From an uncultured Methanolobus sp. (GTDB lineage: Archaea > Halobacteriota > Methanosarcinia > Methanosarcinales > Methanosarcinaceae): DNA of 64,000 nucleotides. The stretch covers positions 352,001-416,000 of the forward strand of contig OY776215.1 in NCBI GenBank assembly GCA_963675495.1. The letters are read 5' to 3'. Position numbers and translations under genes: made by a program. Below, piece after piece: positions 62,023-64,000 of the stretch; the stretch's first letter is position 1; every line of letters starts with the position of its first letter. The notes beneath the pieces are model-generated. The model was not told the origin of the DNA. It ran no database searches and saw only the letters and a list, made by a program, of their open reading frames with translations.

Positions 62023-62439
62023 ATGGATTGTTTATTCTGTAAGATCGTTGCTGGCGAGATTCCTTCGAATAAGGTTTATGAAGATGAATTTGTGTATGCT
62101 TTCCTGGATATATTCCCCAGTTCTGAAGGCCATACAATTGTTCTTCCGAAACAGCACTTTGACAGGTTCACAGACATGGAGGAGAAAGATGCAGCTTCGT
62201 TGTTCGCTTCGGTGAACAAGGTTGCAAAGACCATAGAAAGAACGCTTGGACTGGAAGGAATGAACATAGGCATCAATAACGGGGAGATTGCCGGGCAAAC
62301 TGTACCACATGTGCATGTTCATATAATACCCAGACATGCAGGAGATAGCGAAGGGAACATGCATACCATCGTAGAGTTGCATCCTTCAACAGACAACATT
62401 GCAGAACTGGCTGAAACAATAAGCAGGTCATTTGATTAA
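62023..62439 (+). CDS. HIT family protein
   Basis: MDCLFCKI, AGQTVPHVHVHIIPR. Confidence 0.93.
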   Translation: MDCLFCKIVAGEIPSNKVYEDEFVYAFLDIFPSSEGHTIVLPKQHFDRFTDMEEKDAASLFASVNKVAKTIERTLGLEGMNIGINNGEIAGQTVPHVHVHIIPRHAGDSEGNMHTIVELHPSTDNIAELAETISRSFD

Positions 62440-62525
62440 TATAACCAGTTGACCTATTACATTAGTATCTATCAAAGCTATCACATTTATCGCATTTATT
62501 ACGATCAACTACAGGAGAATAAAAT

Positions 62526-62726
62526 ATGGCAGACGATGAACAGAAAGTACTTGATGCACTTAAAGATGCAGCAAAACCACTCAGACCTGGTGACATTGCA
62601 GAAGCAACCGGCCTTGAAAGCAAAGAGGTCAGCAAAATACTCAAGAAACTAAAGAGCTCAGATGCAGTCTGCACTCCTAAAAGATGTTTCTATGCACATG
62701 CTGACTACGAAAAACCAAGTGAATAA
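62526..62726 (+). CDS. Small winged-helix protein
   Basis: PLRPGDIAEATGLESKEVSK..PKRCFY; AGGAG RBS. Confidence 0.8.
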   Translation: MADDEQKVLDALKDAAKPLRPGDIAEATGLESKEVSKILKKLKSSDAVCTPKRCFYAHADYEKPSE

Positions 62727-62834
62727 AACCTTTTTATTCCTTTTTATCCTATTTTTTACATTGATTTATTCCACTTTTATTTTTCAACCATCATCCCTAG
62801 CTTAATATGCTTATTTCAATAGCCAAGTAATGTT

Positions 62835-63160
62835 GAAAAACCTCTTACACCGGGAACACTTGATAAATATATCAGTACCGTTGGTACATTCTACAAATCG
62901 TTTTACATTGAGATCCCAAAATTACCAAGGTCAAAAAATAAGGTGAGACCCCTTAAAGAGAATACGAAGAAGATAAAGAAGAAAGGTATTCAGCAGGCTT
63001 TATTGTCAAAGCTTATAGTAGGATTTCCGAAAATGCAGGCATGAGTACGACGAAGGGCTCATTCAACATCTTCAGAAGCTACAATTTGCGTAAATTCTTC
63101 AAAATATTGGCATCTTCTCAGGTCTATCAAATGTTTTTTAGTGGGGCGACTGAATCAATT
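62835..63160 (+). pseudogene. Decayed tyrosine integrase fragments
   Basis: PLTPGTLDKYISTVGTFYKSFYIEIPKLPR..RPLKEN, then KGSFNIFRSYNLRKFF, resembling the HxxR box region of Methanosarcinales integrases. Confidence 0.55.
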
Positions 63161-63280
63161 ATCCGGTGTATGTGAATTCGGAATGATCAGTTTTGCAACT
63201 AACTTTAGCTAGGTTGGCTCTAAGCTTTTTACACCATATTTTGTGGATACCTGAATATTCTTTGTACCACATGCCGTAGA

Positions 63281-64000
63281 TCATGCTTCCTTACAAAGTC
63301 TTTTTAGATTAGTCGGTTGGGCTGAAGCATCCAGTTTCATGGACGGACCTGAGAGGATCTTCTTCTTGTCCCAATCGATCTCCCATCCATGTTCTTCTTC
63401 AAGCATCTTGAGAAGTTCTCCACGCTTTGCAAGAGGCAGGTCTGTTTCGGTCCTGACAAAAGTGTGCCAGTCATCGGGCATTATTCCGAGATACTTCTGG
63501 CTGAGTTCAATATAATGAGTGAGTTTGATCATCCTACCCATATTATTGTCACTCGGGCGTATGCAGCTCTTGGCAAGCATTGGCATTAGCTCTTCAATAG
63601 TTTCCACCGTTGTCAGCAGGTATTCAGGCGCAGGCGCTATTGGCATCACTTCACCATTACGTGCATCGTATACTTTCCATTTGTCCATATCATATGGTTT
63701 ACCGATTATCGCCCTGCGGAACTTCGAGCCGTGGGGTCCGAGCACCACAGGTATTCCCAGTCTGTTGCACCCTGTTCCAATGGACAGGGCTTTCTGTGAA
63801 TAGGCCCCCCAGGCAATCCCAACTGCACCCACACGGTTCAGGATATAGTCAGCGATCTCTTCGTAGTTACCAGTGATGTCCCTCTGTGCAAATATTGCTG
63901 CAACTTTTATTGCAACTGCCGTAATATGGGAGTTGGACACACAGGAACCCATATTGATCAGGTTGCCTTTGAGGAACTTTGCCGGATACTTCTCATAGAG
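63281..64000 (-). CDS. cdhA: CO dehydrogenase/acetyl-CoA synthase alpha subunit, 3' part (runs off the window)
   Basis: [54 protein letters not shown]. Confidence 0.93.
   Translation of the reverse strand, partial: LYEKYPAKFLKGNLINMGSCVSNSHITAVAIKVAAIFAQRDITGNYEEIADYILNRVGAVGIAWGAYSQKALSIGTGCNRLGIPVVLGPHGSKFRRAIIGKPYDMDKWKVYDARNGEVMPIAPAPEYLLTTVETIEELMPMLAKSCIRPSDNNMGRMIKLTHYIELSQKYLGIMPDDWHTFVRTETDLPLAKRGELLKMLEEEHGWEIDWDKKKILSGPSMKLDASAQPTNLKRLCKEA

Overview
Archaeal DNA from a methylotrophic methanogen of the Methanosarcinaceae (Methanolobus-like; inferred from mtaCB, cdhA and Methanosarcinales-type PAS and winged-helix families). 1-15 kb holds the methanol methyltransferase operon mtaCB, an orphan MtaC paralog beside a kinase-less multi-PAS/GAF sensor, two VOC paralogs, four small Cys-rich paralogs and transporters. 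16.8-43.6 kb is a large cell-surface island with what look like two filament kits. Kit 1 is a SipW/TasA system: several TasA-like subunits, a dedicated SipW peptidase, a 1650-aa adhesin carrying only the N-terminal donor strand, and a membrane-anchored TasA domain lacking that strand. Kit 2 is an unrelated three-protein set built on the same subunit/tip/anchor logic, whose anchor shares its C-terminal stalk with the TasA anchor. All tasA copies share a conserved, apparently structured 5' leader. 44.3-47.8 kb encodes a signal-less thermolysin (M4) protease carrying tandem C-P-P-(S/A)-P repeats, translationally coupled to a PqqD/RRE radical SAM-SPASM enzyme: a candidate protease-fused RiPP precursor system. 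50-57 kb holds two decayed casposon-like elements in tandem (30-bp TIRs, 14-bp TSD, PolB remnants, no cas1), one interrupted by an IS5-family element whose ends also define a 131-bp MITE at 23.4 kb. The window ends with regulators, a HIT gene, an integrase relic and the 3' end of cdhA. All family calls come from motif recognition by eye; no database searches were run.
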